Of a DNA stretch of 64,000 nt, positions 47,117 to 58,762 are shown one piece after another (position 1 is the first letter of the stretch; the number at the start of each line of letters is the position of its first letter). The position numbers and the translations under genes are program-made. The stretch spans positions 22,681-86,680 of the forward strand of contig JBBDMU010000028.1 in assembly GCA_040878085.1 (NCBI GenBank), given 5' to 3'. Under the pieces are notes generated by a model. That model saw only the letters and a list, made by a program, of their open reading frames with translations, did no database searches and was not told the origin of the DNA. Source of the stretch: Balneolales bacterium. GTDB lineage: Bacteria; Bacteroidota; Rhodothermia; Balneolales; Natronogracilivirgulaceae.

Positions 47117-47632
47117 ATGTGGATACCTATGGTGAAAATGATCGGCAATACTTTTTTACTCATTCTGGAGTACTGCTTTAAATTATCCTCAGGTGTAGCG
47201 GGAGTGATCGTTCTTGGAACCACCGGTTCTTTTTATGATAAATTAAGTACCGGGTATCTGTCTTTGTTTCCGGTATTGGGCCAAATATCTGAATTCCCCA
47301 ATAAAATTATCAATTCCACTACGGTTATCAATGATTATAATACACTTACAGCGGCTGCATTCAACCAGCGTTATGGCGGCCAGGCGGTGAACCATGTGAT
47401 GGCATCAATGAATGAAGGGGTTGCTTACATTCAGGCCGTATATCAAAACCTTTCATTTCAGCCGGCGACAACGTTACTTGCGTTAACCCTTGCAGTATTA
47501 TCCCTGTATATTCTGGGGCGCGCAGTATGTTTTTTCCGTCAAAGGGGACAAGGGTCCTTTTTCACCCGGATGGAGCGGCACATGGGTAACCGTTTGTTTT
47601 ATGACAAACCGGCACCTCGCATTCAACCCTAA
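47117..47632 (+). CDS. hypothetical membrane protein
   Basis: 171-aa ORF with at least two hydrophobic segments. No family was recognised. Its stop overlaps the convergent gene by 4 nt. Confidence 0.35.
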   Translation: MWIPMVKMIGNTFLLILEYCFKLSSGVAGVIVLGTTGSFYDKLSTGYLSLFPVLGQISEFPNKIINSTTVINDYNTLTAAAFNQRYGGQAVNHVMASMNEGVAYIQAVYQNLSFQPATTLLALTLAVLSLYILGRAVCFFRQRGQGSFFTRMERHMGNRLFYDKPAPRIQP

Positions 47633-48252
47633 GGTTTCAACATTTGGTTTGCCAAATTGATGGTCTTTTTACTTGTGCCATGAAGGGCTTTAAAATGAGG
47701 CGCGGTAATATTGTGGTAGAGCAAGTAGTCTGTGGCTGCTTTGATAATTTGCTGTTTGGAGAAGTTATTTATTTTTTCTTTCTCAAAACTATAGGTTACC
47801 TGCGATAAATTATGATAACCATACCCACCAACACCCCAAACTTTATCCCAAACATTCATATGATTATGGCGGAAATGCGTGATCATATTGGCCAGCCACT
47901 TAGTTTTATTATGTTTAAAAGCTGTTGCCAGATATTCGGATTCCACATGGTGGGAATCACACAAGGGGCAGTAAAATTTATTTTGTGATGAAGTGGTTTT
48001 TTTAAAGATCTGCTGCATAACCACTTTATCTTTTGTTAATTCATCGTACCATACATACTGATCAATGTCGCAGTTATACCATGTGTCTTTGTCGATCCGG
48101 TATACTTCATGCTCATCCATGAATTTCCTGGACTTTACAAGAAATTCAGTAAATAAGTCTTCCATTTCTATAGCCTTTCTATCATTAGTGCCTGTGGTTC
48201 TCTCTATGAATTCGAATGGACCAAAAATACTGTTAGATTTGATTAACGTCAA
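47629..48252 (-). CDS. hypothetical Cys/His-motif protein
   Basis: 207-aa AT-rich ORF with a TTG start. It contains CPLCDSHH...HFRHNH, a possible metal-binding site. No family was recognised. Confidence 0.45.
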   Translation of the reverse strand: MTLIKSNSIFGPFEFIERTTGTNDRKAIEMEDLFTEFLVKSRKFMDEHEVYRIDKDTWYNCDIDQYVWYDELTKDKVVMQQIFKKTTSSQNKFYCPLCDSHHVESEYLATAFKHNKTKWLANMITHFRHNHMNVWDKVWGVGGYGYHNLSQVTYSFEKEKINNFSKQQIIKAATDYLLYHNITAPHFKALHGTSKKTINLANQMLKP

Positions 48253-48442
48253 TTTGACTTAGGTTTTATTTCAGGATTATAACGTGCTAATGTGCAGGAT
48301 AATGTTTTACGAAGGAAGAATCTTGTACAACAAGGGCTGACTATGAGAGGAGAGGGGCTTATATTTTTGCCATCACATGGTTTAATTTCCACCATATGCA
48401 CTCAGAATTTTTAGCGAGCTTTCTCCGTGTTTTACTCGCACG

Positions 48443-48507
48443 AACCCCTGACCAGGTCCTGACCAAGTCCGTACCAACTCCAACTAAAGCCCGCCTGGTA
48501 GTAGGAG
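48443..48507. repeat. dispersed repeat, copy B
   Basis: 60/65 identical to 16064-16128 in the same orientation. The sequence downstream diverges, but both copies end with TATGGACCC/TATAGACCC about 30-35 nt later. Confidence 0.85.
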
Positions 48508-49026
48508 ATGTATAGGAGTTGACGAGACGCAGTATAGACCCTTGCCGAATCCGGAGGAGCGGTAATGCAACGAATTTGCGTCCTTAAGGAACGCGTTTGA
48601 TTACTATCATTTTCTAAAGCTAGGATAACAATTATGATTTAGCGAACAAGTAACAGGCACGTGTCATTTATGATTGTAAAAGCAGTAGAAATTTAGAAGT
48701 ATACGTGTAAAAATGAATATGTTTTATTTTTGACATATCCATTGTAATTACTATTAACATTGGCCGAGTCAGATAAAATTACTATTCCGCAGTTACCGGT
48801 AAAAATATCTACTCACCGTTTAGATGAATATCAAAGAAAAACAGGCAACATCGCCAGCCGAACCTACTTCCAGAAACTGCCCCATACCAATGCCTTTTAC
48901 ATACGTACGGTGTTGTTAAATATCTAAGTAGCAGTTTATACTGAACAACGGGTTGGTTATAATCACGTTAAACATTACACAAGTATCAATACATTGATCG
49001 ATAGAACCAAATACATAAGGACTATA

Positions 49027-51411
49027 ATGAATATAGATGCCAATAAATTATTAACATGTATCACATTGGTATTTCTACCGCTGATGTTGGTTACCCAAAA
49101 AGGATATTCCCAATCCGATAGGTCTGGAGTTACCGGAATCATTTTAAATGAAGATGGAGAACCTGTGAATGGCGCATCCGTTGTTGTTTATGAAGACGAT
49201 TCGGAAACCGAAATGGTTACCGGGAGATCCAGTGATGCAAACGGGGAATTTGATATGGAGGTGGAGCCTGGCAGCTATTTTCTTAAAATTTCATTCGTCT
49301 CATTTGAACCTTATCAAGCAGCGCTGGATATTGCCTCGGGCGAGGTGACGGATTTAGGCGAAATAACCATTGCATTTTCTACCAGTCAATTAGAAGAAAT
49401 ATCGGTTGATGCTGAACGCTCCCGGATGGAAATGAACTTTGACAGCCGTGTCTTTCATGTGGAAGAGGATATCACGAGTATGGGCGGTTCCGCATTGGAT
49501 GTAATTGATAATGTTCCTTCATTATCTACTGATTTTGAGGGAAATATCAGCCTCCGTGGAAACCAGGGGGTTACGGTGTTGATCAATGGCCGGCCATCCA
49601 GCTTGGTTCGCAATGGTACCGATGCGCTGAGCAGCATCCCTGCAAATATGATTAAAGAAGTTGAGATTATCACCAATCCCTCTGCCCGCTATGCGGCGGA
49701 AGGTTCCGGAGGTATTATTAATATAGAATTGAGAGATGGAGCCACCCTGGGATTGAACGGAACGGTTTCCGCTAATACAGGATATCCGCATGATCACGAG
49801 ATTTCCGGTAATTTTAATTATAATGTCAATAATATAAACTGGTTTTTGAACGGTAATATGGAATATGATTCACAGCCCCGTTCTGGCCAAATATTTCAGC
49901 GTTCTGAATCTTCTAATCCTCCCATATATGAGCAATTCAGTAGTTCTGATGATTCTGAACTGGAAGGGAGACTTCGTTTTGGTGCCGATATTTTTTTACC
50001 CACTGACCAATTATTAACCGCAACCGCCCATCTGAATATTGAAGACGGTGAAGGCATATCAGATGTACAGTATATTGATTATACGATGGACCGTGATGTG
50101 ATTCGGGAAATCAACCGGGAAGATATTGAAGACCAGAGTGAAAATAATTATGATTTTCGTCTGGAGTATGAAAAAAGATTTGATGAGGAAGGAGATCATC
50201 GTTTAACCGCTGATGCTGATATTGAATTTGGCACGGAACACGAAAGTTCTTTTTTAAATCAAACACAGGAGCAGGGAGATGCGGTTTTGCCGAATCAGCG
50301 AACGGATAATAAAGAACGTTTTAATGATTATCGCCTTCAGGTAGATTATGAACGACCGGTATTGGATGGGGGGCGTTTTGAAGCGGGTTATCGTTCCACC
50401 ATTGATTTGTTCAGCAATGAGTTTACTGTTGAAGAACAGGAAGGGGAGACTTGGGAGACGCTACCTGCCTATAATGATAATTTCACATTCAATGAATCTA
50501 TTCACGCTGGTTACGCTATATTTTCGGGCCAGGCAGATCCTTTTACGTATCAGCTGGGATTGCGTCTGGAGCAAACAAACATTTACACCGAACTGGATTT
50601 ATCCGGTGAGACGAGCGATCAAACGTATTTAAATCTGTTCCCCAGTGTTTTCCTTACCTACCGGATTGGTGAAGGGAGCTCATTGCAAACGAGTTACAGC
50701 AGGCGCTTGTCCCGCCCCCGGCATTGGTGGTTGCTTCCGTTTTCTGGCTATTCAGACTCCCGTAACATATCCATAGGAAACCCTGCTCTTGAGCCTGAGT
50801 TTAGTAATTCATTTGAATCAGGTTACCTGCGCCATTGGGAATCAGGTTCTGTGCTTAGCAGCGCATATTACCGGCACCGTACAGGCGTAGTTGAACATAT
50901 TACTTCTCAGGATGAAAATGTTAATGGCGATCCAATTACCACCCGTTTCCCCATTAACCTTGCTACTGAAGAAGCCTGGGGGGTTGAATTTACGGCTGAT
51001 CAGGAGTTGTTTGAGAACCTCCAACTGTCGGGAAGCCTGAACCTTTATCAATCCAAATCGGAAGGCACCCATGAAGGGGAAGAATTATCGAGTGAGTCTG
51101 AATCTTTTCAATCAAGAATGCGAATCCGCTGGCGATTCTTAGAGAACTGGAACTTTCAGTCATCCTTGCGGTACAGAGGGCCAAGGTCAACCACTCAGGG
51201 CCGGAGATCCGCCAGTTCATACGTTAGTATGGGATTAGCAAAAGAAATGTTTGATGAGGCTGTGACGGTTTCGTTGAATGTGCGGGATTTATTTAATTCC
51301 AGGCAACGGGATATGATCATTGATGAGCCGGGTTTTTACTCTGAGAGGACATATTCCTGGTCATCCCGCTCGGTACGGCTGAATGTAAGATATCGGTTCA
51401 GCCGGAATTGA
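49027..51411 (+). CDS. TonB-dependent receptor / outer-membrane beta-barrel family protein with CarboxypepD_reg N-domain
   Basis: Start moved to ATG49027, which gives a signal peptide. The N-domain reads GVTGIILNEDGEPVNGASVVVYEDD...GEFDMEVEPGSYFLKISF. The plug is VLINGRPSS and a long barrel follows. Confidence 0.8.
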   Translation: MNIDANKLLTCITLVFLPLMLVTQKGYSQSDRSGVTGIILNEDGEPVNGASVVVYEDDSETEMVTGRSSDANGEFDMEVEPGSYFLKISFVSFEPYQAALDIASGEVTDLGEITIAFSTSQLEEISVDAERSRMEMNFDSRVFHVEEDITSMGGSALDVIDNVPSLSTDFEGNISLRGNQGVTVLINGRPSSLVRNGTDALSSIPANMIKEVEIITNPSARYAAEGSGGIINIELRDGATLGLNGTVSANTGYPHDHEISGNFNYNVNNINWFLNGNMEYDSQPRSGQIFQRSESSNPPIYEQFSSSDDSELEGRLRFGADIFLPTDQLLTATAHLNIEDGEGISDVQYIDYTMDRDVIREINREDIEDQSENNYDFRLEYEKRFDEEGDHRLTADADIEFGTEHESSFLNQTQEQGDAVLPNQRTDNKERFNDYRLQVDYERPVLDGGRFEAGYRSTIDLFSNEFTVEEQEGETWETLPAYNDNFTFNESIHAGYAIFSGQADPFTYQLGLRLEQTNIYTELDLSGETSDQTYLNLFPSVFLTYRIGEGSSLQTSYSRRLSRPRHWWLLPFSGYSDSRNISIGNPALEPEFSNSFESGYLRHWESGSVLSSAYYRHRTGVVEHITSQDENVNGDPITTRFPINLATEEAWGVEFTADQELFENLQLSGSLNLYQSKSEGTHEGEELSSESESFQSRMRIRWRFLENWNFQSSLRYRGPRSTTQGRRSASSYVSMGLAKEMFDEAVTVSLNVRDLFNSRQRDMIIDEPGFYSERTYSWSSRSVRLNVRYRFSRN

Positions 51412-51480
51412 AGCAAGATTTGAAGCACCGGATCCCTAGGATCGACCCGTTTGGTAGAAACCGCCATGCCAGATACCCGA

Positions 51481-52719
51481 TCATCCACGGGAAAACTTAT
51501 AGGTAAAGGAGATAAAGCTGCCTATGGAATATAGTTTAACATTGCCTCTGCCAACCTTCCTCAAAGGGGCTCTTATAAAAGGTTCGGCTCGAAGGCTCCA
51601 GTTTGGACGGATGTCGAGTTCGTATCCGATAGAAAGCCCTGTGTTACTCATCAAATGGCTGGTACCGGTATTGCCACTCCAGCTTTTTTCGTACTGGTTG
51701 CCATTATCTTTATATCTGAACCGGTAATCTTCATTGAGCATGATATAGGATGATAATCCGACAGTGGCAAATAATCTTGATCGGGAAAAATTCAGGAAAT
51801 TGTATTTCAGGTTAATCGGTATATCAAAGAGCAGGCATTCACCAATGGTTTCCTCTGGAGTACTGGCCCCATATCCTTGTACTGAAGGATGATATTCGCC
51901 TCCGGTTGCCAGATACCGAACTTTAGATTGCATGATCCCTGTTGTAATGAATAAATTTGAGCTTAAGTGATATTCAAAAGTGGCTCCTATTTTGTAACCG
52001 GGATTGTAAAAGTTTGACAGGGAGCCGACGGTACTCAGGTCCGGAGTCATTACAAATCCTGCCGCTATACGAGGATGCGTTTGCCTGGCAGCCATTTTGA
52101 GGTTTTCATCTGGACGATGAAGTCCACGAGTATCACCTATAGTGGAATATTCAGTTGTCTTGCCAGGCATAGTGAAACGTGAGGGGGGAGGTGGTTCTCT
52201 TTTTGCGATTAATCTTGTTTCTTCTCTCTTAGATACTTCACCGGAAGAATGATTTTCAGTTTTGGTAAATTCTCGTTGGTTATTTCGTTTGATGGGAATG
52301 GGATTTACCGGCTGATCGTCAGAAGCATAAGTCTGTGATTCAATATGATCTGAATCGGTGGAAAGATCAACATCCAGAGCTTCATTAGATAATTTTTCTT
52401 CCTCAGGTCGGTCATCAATGTTGAGGAGCTCTTCTGTGCCTCGTAAGCCATATGGGGAAATCTCATCATTGAGTTGCTGACCCATCTGGTTGATCCTGTT
52501 ATGGTTGTCAAAGGTATAATAGCCCAGAATGGAAAAGATCAGTATTGAGGCAGCGGCTATCCAGCGTACCCTGCTTCGGTAGGTTTTCTGCAAGTTCTGG
52601 TAATCCAGCTTGTTTTCCAGTTTTCTCCAATCGTCTTCTCTGAATTGAATATCATACTCCCCCGCTTTTTTTTGGAAAAACCTTTCAAGAGGGTCTTTTT
52701 TGTTATTTTTGTTAGCCAT
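51481..52719 (-). CDS. membrane-anchored protein downstream of ECF sigma (putative anti-sigma) with C-terminal beta-barrel-like domain
   Basis: 412 aa. It has a charged N-terminus, one TM helix (WIAAASILIFSILGYY), an acidic/Pro-rich linker, and a C-terminal ~190 aa with alternating beta-strand pattern ending FISFTYKFSRG. It starts 3 nt after the sigma stop. Confidence 0.45.
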   Translation of the reverse strand: MANKNNKKDPLERFFQKKAGEYDIQFREDDWRKLENKLDYQNLQKTYRSRVRWIAAASILIFSILGYYTFDNHNRINQMGQQLNDEISPYGLRGTEELLNIDDRPEEEKLSNEALDVDLSTDSDHIESQTYASDDQPVNPIPIKRNNQREFTKTENHSSGEVSKREETRLIAKREPPPPSRFTMPGKTTEYSTIGDTRGLHRPDENLKMAARQTHPRIAAGFVMTPDLSTVGSLSNFYNPGYKIGATFEYHLSSNLFITTGIMQSKVRYLATGGEYHPSVQGYGASTPEETIGECLLFDIPINLKYNFLNFSRSRLFATVGLSSYIMLNEDYRFRYKDNGNQYEKSWSGNTGTSHLMSNTGLSIGYELDIRPNWSLRAEPFIRAPLRKVGRGNVKLYSIGSFISFTYKFSRG

Positions 52720-52722
52720 ATT

Positions 52723-53253
52723 TTAGGTAGATAAATTTTTCTCTAACAAGGCGCGAAGATTTCTTTTAGCCTTGGCCAAATTTGATTTAGATGTGCCCAC
52801 TGCTATTTCAAGCATTTCCGCAATTTCTTCATGCTTATATCCTTCAATTACATACAGGTTAAAAACAGTTCTGTATCCCAGTGTCAATTGCTGCACCATC
52901 TCAATGATTTCCTGATAAGAGATCCCGCTTGTAGTAGTTTCCTCTTCACTGATTTCACTTCCATTTAAATTCAGCTCTTCCCATTCCGGATGTTTTTTAT
53001 TTTTATGATAATGATCGATGGCTGTATTGATGATAATCTTGCGTAGCCATGGTTTGAAAGGGCGTTGGGAGTCATATTTCCCGATATTATCAAATACTTT
53101 CAATAAAGCATCATTAAAAACCGCTGCCGCTTGTTCCCTGGAGTCGGCATAGCGAAGCGTAATGCTCATGCCATAGGCATAAAACAGTTCATAGAGTTCT
53201 TTCTGGCTTTTACGCTGGTGTTTCCTGCAACCTTTAATGATGTTTATAAGCAT
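52723..53253 (-). CDS. RNA polymerase ECF-type sigma-70 factor
   Basis: Start moved to ATG53253. Region 2 reads FKPWLRKIIINTAIDHYHK. Region 4 HTH reads EEIAEMLEIAVGTSKSNLAKAKRNLR. Confidence 0.9.
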   Translation of the reverse strand: MLINIIKGCRKHQRKSQKELYELFYAYGMSITLRYADSREQAAAVFNDALLKVFDNIGKYDSQRPFKPWLRKIIINTAIDHYHKNKKHPEWEELNLNGSEISEEETTTSGISYQEIIEMVQQLTLGYRTVFNLYVIEGYKHEEIAEMLEIAVGTSKSNLAKAKRNLRALLEKNLST

Positions 53254-53376
53254 ATATGTAACCACTAAGTCCACAAGAAAAACTAAGGGTTTATTTGAAT
53301 ATACCTGATATCAACAAAAAAGGTTGCCTTGGTTTTCTAGACTCTGGTTTCTAGTTATAGGATTTAGACCTAAAAT

Positions 53377-54222
53377 TTAGAAACCAAAGACTCTGTTTAT
53401 ATTAAACCCGAACCGGACTTCTCCCTCCCAGAACCGGTCATGGTTGTTGGCCATGATAAACTGCTCGTTGTGCCACTGAGAGCTGCTAAAAAAGATTTGG
53501 AATACATGACCTCCCGTATTAATATTAAGCGCAATAGCCATCTCATCGGAGGTTCCCTGGTTACGGTTGCCTATTATCGGCAGATATTCGGCACTTAAAG
53601 CAAGCCGGTCGGATATCTCATAATTCGTTAGAATACCCATCCCAATCAAGCGGTTCTGCTTACCTTCGGTGACAAAATTATAATAAGCCATCATCGGAGA
53701 AAGCTGCACACTTAATCGATCAAACTTCCGGGCTAACATTAACATTGTAAAATAACTCAGACGATCTGTGAGCTCCATACCAATACCTGAAAGTGTGCTG
53801 ATGCCTAAAGAACCTTTTACCCCCAATTCAATAGGTGTACTCCCGGTGGTTGTTTGACGCAGGATATTATATTTCCCGCGAATATCAACTACTTTATTGA
53901 AGGTCATGCGGCCGATTCCCATCGAAAACCTGTCGGTTAATCCGTAATCTAAACCGAGACGGGTATTTGCGCCATCATCCAAACCATAGAAGTGTTCAAT
54001 GCCACCATTAATTAAACCAAAGATATGCGCTACTGAAGTGTTTAGATTCCGTGGTGATATATTATAAACTGTGCTGATGCCAATATTGGTTGTCGTCCAG
54101 AAAATCTCATCAACCGGTGGGTTGGTTACCGCACGCTCCCTTGGTAATTGCGCATCTGCTAATTGAGGCAGAAGAGAGAGAAAGACGATAAATGCGGTAC
54201 TTAAAATTGATGATGTTTTCAT
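53377..54222 (-). CDS. outer-membrane beta-barrel protein (DUF5777-like)
   Basis: 281 aa. The signal peptide ends ADAQ. It has an alternating beta-strand pattern and a terminal F. The family name comes from remembered co-occurrence with YceI and cupredoxin genes and is unverified. Confidence 0.45.
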   Translation of the reverse strand: MKTSSILSTAFIVFLSLLPQLADAQLPRERAVTNPPVDEIFWTTTNIGISTVYNISPRNLNTSVAHIFGLINGGIEHFYGLDDGANTRLGLDYGLTDRFSMGIGRMTFNKVVDIRGKYNILRQTTTGSTPIELGVKGSLGISTLSGIGMELTDRLSYFTMLMLARKFDRLSVQLSPMMAYYNFVTEGKQNRLIGMGILTNYEISDRLALSAEYLPIIGNRNQGTSDEMAIALNINTGGHVFQIFFSSSQWHNEQFIMANNHDRFWEGEVRFGFNINRVFGF

Positions 54223-54283
54223 AAGTGACAGTAATAAAAAACCTTATGATAATTATGATGTGCTGTAACTTTATGTCATTAAT

Positions 54284-54859
54284 CTATCTTTCTGTTGGTT
54301 GAAGCATGGCTTCAATGATGACGTCCATTTCATCCCTGACGCGGTAAAAAAGGATACCGGGCGGTTCAATATTGTGATCAGTTATATCCTGAACCCATTC
54401 AGCCTCTAAACGAATACCATTCACATGTTTCTGCAGAGTCCCTTCCACTGTCTTATCACGGGTAATTCCATGAAGGGTAAATTCACCTTTTACCGTCACA
54501 TTCTGTATTTCTGAGGAATTTTCATCAAAAGGAGATGCTAGCTCACCGGTAAATTCGGCAAAGGGATGTTCATCTGTATGCAAAGTGCGGTACATGTCTC
54601 TATCCCGGCGCTCATTGCCGGTTTTGAGGGAGTTCAGGTCCAAATAAAAATCTATAATGTTTTCCTCGAAATTTATCATACCAGTAAGATGATCAGACTT
54701 CCCCGTAAATTCATGCAAAGGGACTGTAGATATGAACTCAACAGATCCGTTGTCCGTATAATAAATCACCTCACCGTGATTATCCTGCAGATGATTGGTA
54801 AAAACCAGGGATAGAGGAATAAGAATTGCTTTATTCAGGATGTTTAAAGAATAATGCAT
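54284..54859 (-). CDS. YceI-family periplasmic protein
   Basis: Start moved to ATG54859. YceI-like segments are VEFISTVPLHEFTGKSDHLTGMINF and VTVKGEFTLHGITRDKTVEGTL. Confidence 0.7.
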   Translation of the reverse strand: MHYSLNILNKAILIPLSLVFTNHLQDNHGEVIYYTDNGSVEFISTVPLHEFTGKSDHLTGMINFEENIIDFYLDLNSLKTGNERRDRDMYRTLHTDEHPFAEFTGELASPFDENSSEIQNVTVKGEFTLHGITRDKTVEGTLQKHVNGIRLEAEWVQDITDHNIEPPGILFYRVRDEMDVIIEAMLQPTER

Positions 54860-54927
54860 TTTTATTTCTTTTTGCTTTAGGTAATAAGAGGAAAAAAACA
54901 TCTGCCGCTGGAATTGCTATTGTTACA

Positions 54928-55359
54928 TTAATCATTACTTTCTTCTACAGTAATAGTTCCGCTCATTCCGACGTGTGGTCTACAGTAATAATCGTAAGTG
55001 CCGGTTTCTTCGAATGTATATTCATAAAATTCATCGGGTGCGATATTACCGCTGTCAAACTGTCCGTCATGTTCTCTGTTTGACCCGCTGGTTACCGTGT
55101 GTACCAGGTTTGACGTGTTTGTCCAGGTAACTGTTGTTCCCGGTTCAACAGTTAGATTGGATGGATTAAAACTTTGCCCCTGCATAAAAACTTCAGTGCC
55201 GGCGGGTTCATCATTTCCATTATCGCCATTATTATCATGATTACCACCGGGTCCGGTGGTAGTATCATCACAGCCGATCATTCCAACGGTCAGTATTAGA
55301 ACGAAAATGAAGGATGTGGAAAGTTTAAACGCTCGTGAATCCCTGGTTAAGATATTCAT
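54928..55359 (-). CDS. cupredoxin (plastocyanin/azurin-like blue copper) lipoprotein
   Basis: 143 aa with lipobox TVGMIGCDD. The type-1 copper ligands are in HTVTSG and YYCRPHVGMSG (His, Cys, His, Met). Confidence 0.8.
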   Translation of the reverse strand: MNILTRDSRAFKLSTSFIFVLILTVGMIGCDDTTTGPGGNHDNNGDNGNDEPAGTEVFMQGQSFNPSNLTVEPGTTVTWTNTSNLVHTVTSGSNREHDGQFDSGNIAPDEFYEYTFEETGTYDYYCRPHVGMSGTITVEESND

Positions 55360-55556
55360 TACAGTATTTTGTTATGATCTCATCAGCTTTATTAGCCCGT
55401 ACGGGGCATTCGGGACAATGGTTGCCCTGCTGATGTGATAACGAGTAATGGATAGGGGAGGTATGAGAATGATTACTAAATAAGGGCTGGAATAGCCTAC
55501 GTATACAGGGAGTAAAATTTCCCACCTGGTGTTGTAATCACTTCATTTAAGAAGCG

Positions 55557-56906
<1,350 letters not shown>

Positions 56907-57774
56907 TTAGACCAAGGAGTATTGTTATTTATTGAAGGTAATAATATACCAAAACATATGGAAGATTAAAGTATTCGCGACAATTATTTGTAAAAGGAAA
57001 AATGCCAAAAGCTCCTCAACCCCAACCAACAATGGAAATGAATCCTAATATTATGTGGTTAAAATAATTATGCGCGTGTTGCTTAGTGACTGCATCACTT
57101 GGTGATATTTCATCACAGAGGTATTTATACTTTCGAAGGCAGTTACTTCTAAATATGGTTGAACGTAAATCAATGATTGATAAAGAAGGAAAACCGGTTT
57201 TAATCGCCATGACATTTGTGAGTGTTACGGTTGGAGTTAGACTGTGGATTGTAGGGGGGCTCTTTAGGGTTTGAATACTAAGTCGTTTCCGCAGTAATTA
57301 AACATTCTAAATAAACTTGCCGATGTATATATTTAATATTATCATAATTTTAAGGCGTTGACTTTGGGATCCAAAAATCGGGGAAAGGTCAAAAATCCCG
57401 AGGTGTCAGGACCAGGTAGTAAAATACCTGAATCTTGTAATCAAGAGCACCAATACATACTGAAGCAACGCCTTATTTATTTATCCTCCCTGATTTATAT
57501 AAGTATAAAAAAAGATGACTGGGTAATGGGTAATGGGTATGAGCCTTAATTTCCGATGAGTATTTTTGTTATATCACCGTTTCATTTTCTGCTCTAATTG
57601 ATATCCGAAATGCTATTTCTCAGCTTTATCCTCACCATTCAGGTATTCTATAACTATTTGGATTAATACTTTAAAAGTATGATATCAATTCCGATATTAT
57701 ATATTAGCTGAATTAAAAACAAATGGTAATTGAACTATAAAATTACTGTCAACTGCTTAAAAGATATTAAATAT

Positions 57775-58314
57775 ATGAAAAAATACTTATTAACCTTAGT
57801 CGTTCCTATTATTATAATTTCATGCGCTCAGGAACCGCAAACAGATAACTCTGTTGAACATGATCAATTAGTTGCTGTCATAACCCCTACCGAGGGAAAT
57901 GATATTAGTGGCGAAGTCACTTTTACCCAGGAAAACAATGGCGTTAGTGTCAATGCAACCATATCAGGGCTAGATCCTGAAAGCAGACATGGATTTCATA
58001 TACATCAATATGGTGATTGCACAGCCGATGATGGAACATCTGCCGGTGGGCATTTCAATCCGCAAAATATGCGACATAGTGATCCAGATGATACGGAGCG
58101 TCATATGGGTGATCTTGGCAACCTGGACAGCGACCAGAATGGCATTGCCACGCTTAACTTTACAGATTCAGTTATCCAATTAACGGGCGAGTCGGGCATT
58201 CTTGGCCGTGGTGTTATTGTGCATGCTGGTGAAGATGATCTTGAGACCCAACCAACAGGTGATGCCGGACCTCGTTTGGGCTGTGGTGTAATCGGAGTTG
58301 CTCAAGAGTCTTAA
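57775..58314 (+). CDS. sodC: Cu,Zn superoxide dismutase (lipoprotein/periplasmic)
   Basis: Start moved to ATG57775 (MKKYLLTLVVPIIIISCAQ). Signatures present are HGFHIHQYGDC, GGHFNP, GDLGNL and GRGVIVHAGEDD. Confidence 0.95.
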   Translation: MKKYLLTLVVPIIIISCAQEPQTDNSVEHDQLVAVITPTEGNDISGEVTFTQENNGVSVNATISGLDPESRHGFHIHQYGDCTADDGTSAGGHFNPQNMRHSDPDDTERHMGDLGNLDSDQNGIATLNFTDSVIQLTGESGILGRGVIVHAGEDDLETQPTGDAGPRLGCGVIGVAQES

Positions 58315-58342
58315 TAATACGTACGTCACTAAGTTAGCTAAA

Positions 58343-58392
58343 AGGGGGGAAGTTGATGGATTCTATAAAATCTTTCAGTCTTCCCCTTTTTT
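58343..58392 (+). terminator. probable intrinsic terminator of sodC
   Basis: GGGGAAG (58345-58351) pairs with CTTCCCC (58379-58385). The long 27-nt loop contains a small inner stem. A T7 run follows. Confidence 0.5.
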
Positions 58393-58762
58393 TATTTCTA
58401 TATCATCAATAGATAAACAAATAAAATAACTTCTAAGGTTATTTAATTTGTCATAAAGATTTTTGTATAAAAAGCGCTTTTTTAATCATAAAACATATTG
58501 TGGTAGAATGTCTAAATATTAATTTTATTTTTGTCACAATATATACATTTTAAGTTCCTTAATAATCCTTATATTGTTTAACTGTTATCAATAAAGATTA
58601 AAATTAAAATCCCGCCTTCGCGCCTATTATATGGAGTTTAAAGCTTTATCCACTCCCTCTTGATTATTTTATAAAAACTGATCCACTTTTGTATTTCCTG
58701 ATATTCAGGAGCGGGGTTTACCTGTGCCCTCGAATCAAATTATCATTACATATAATTATTAA

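Noticed and set aside
16064-48507. Repeat copies A and B as att-like direct repeats of a 32-kb integrated element
   Set aside because: The interval contains gltBD, ldhA, the Lhr-like helicase and other chromosomal genes, and no integrase or phage/ICE genes. A third partial copy lies inside the interval. A dispersed repeat family is the simpler explanation.
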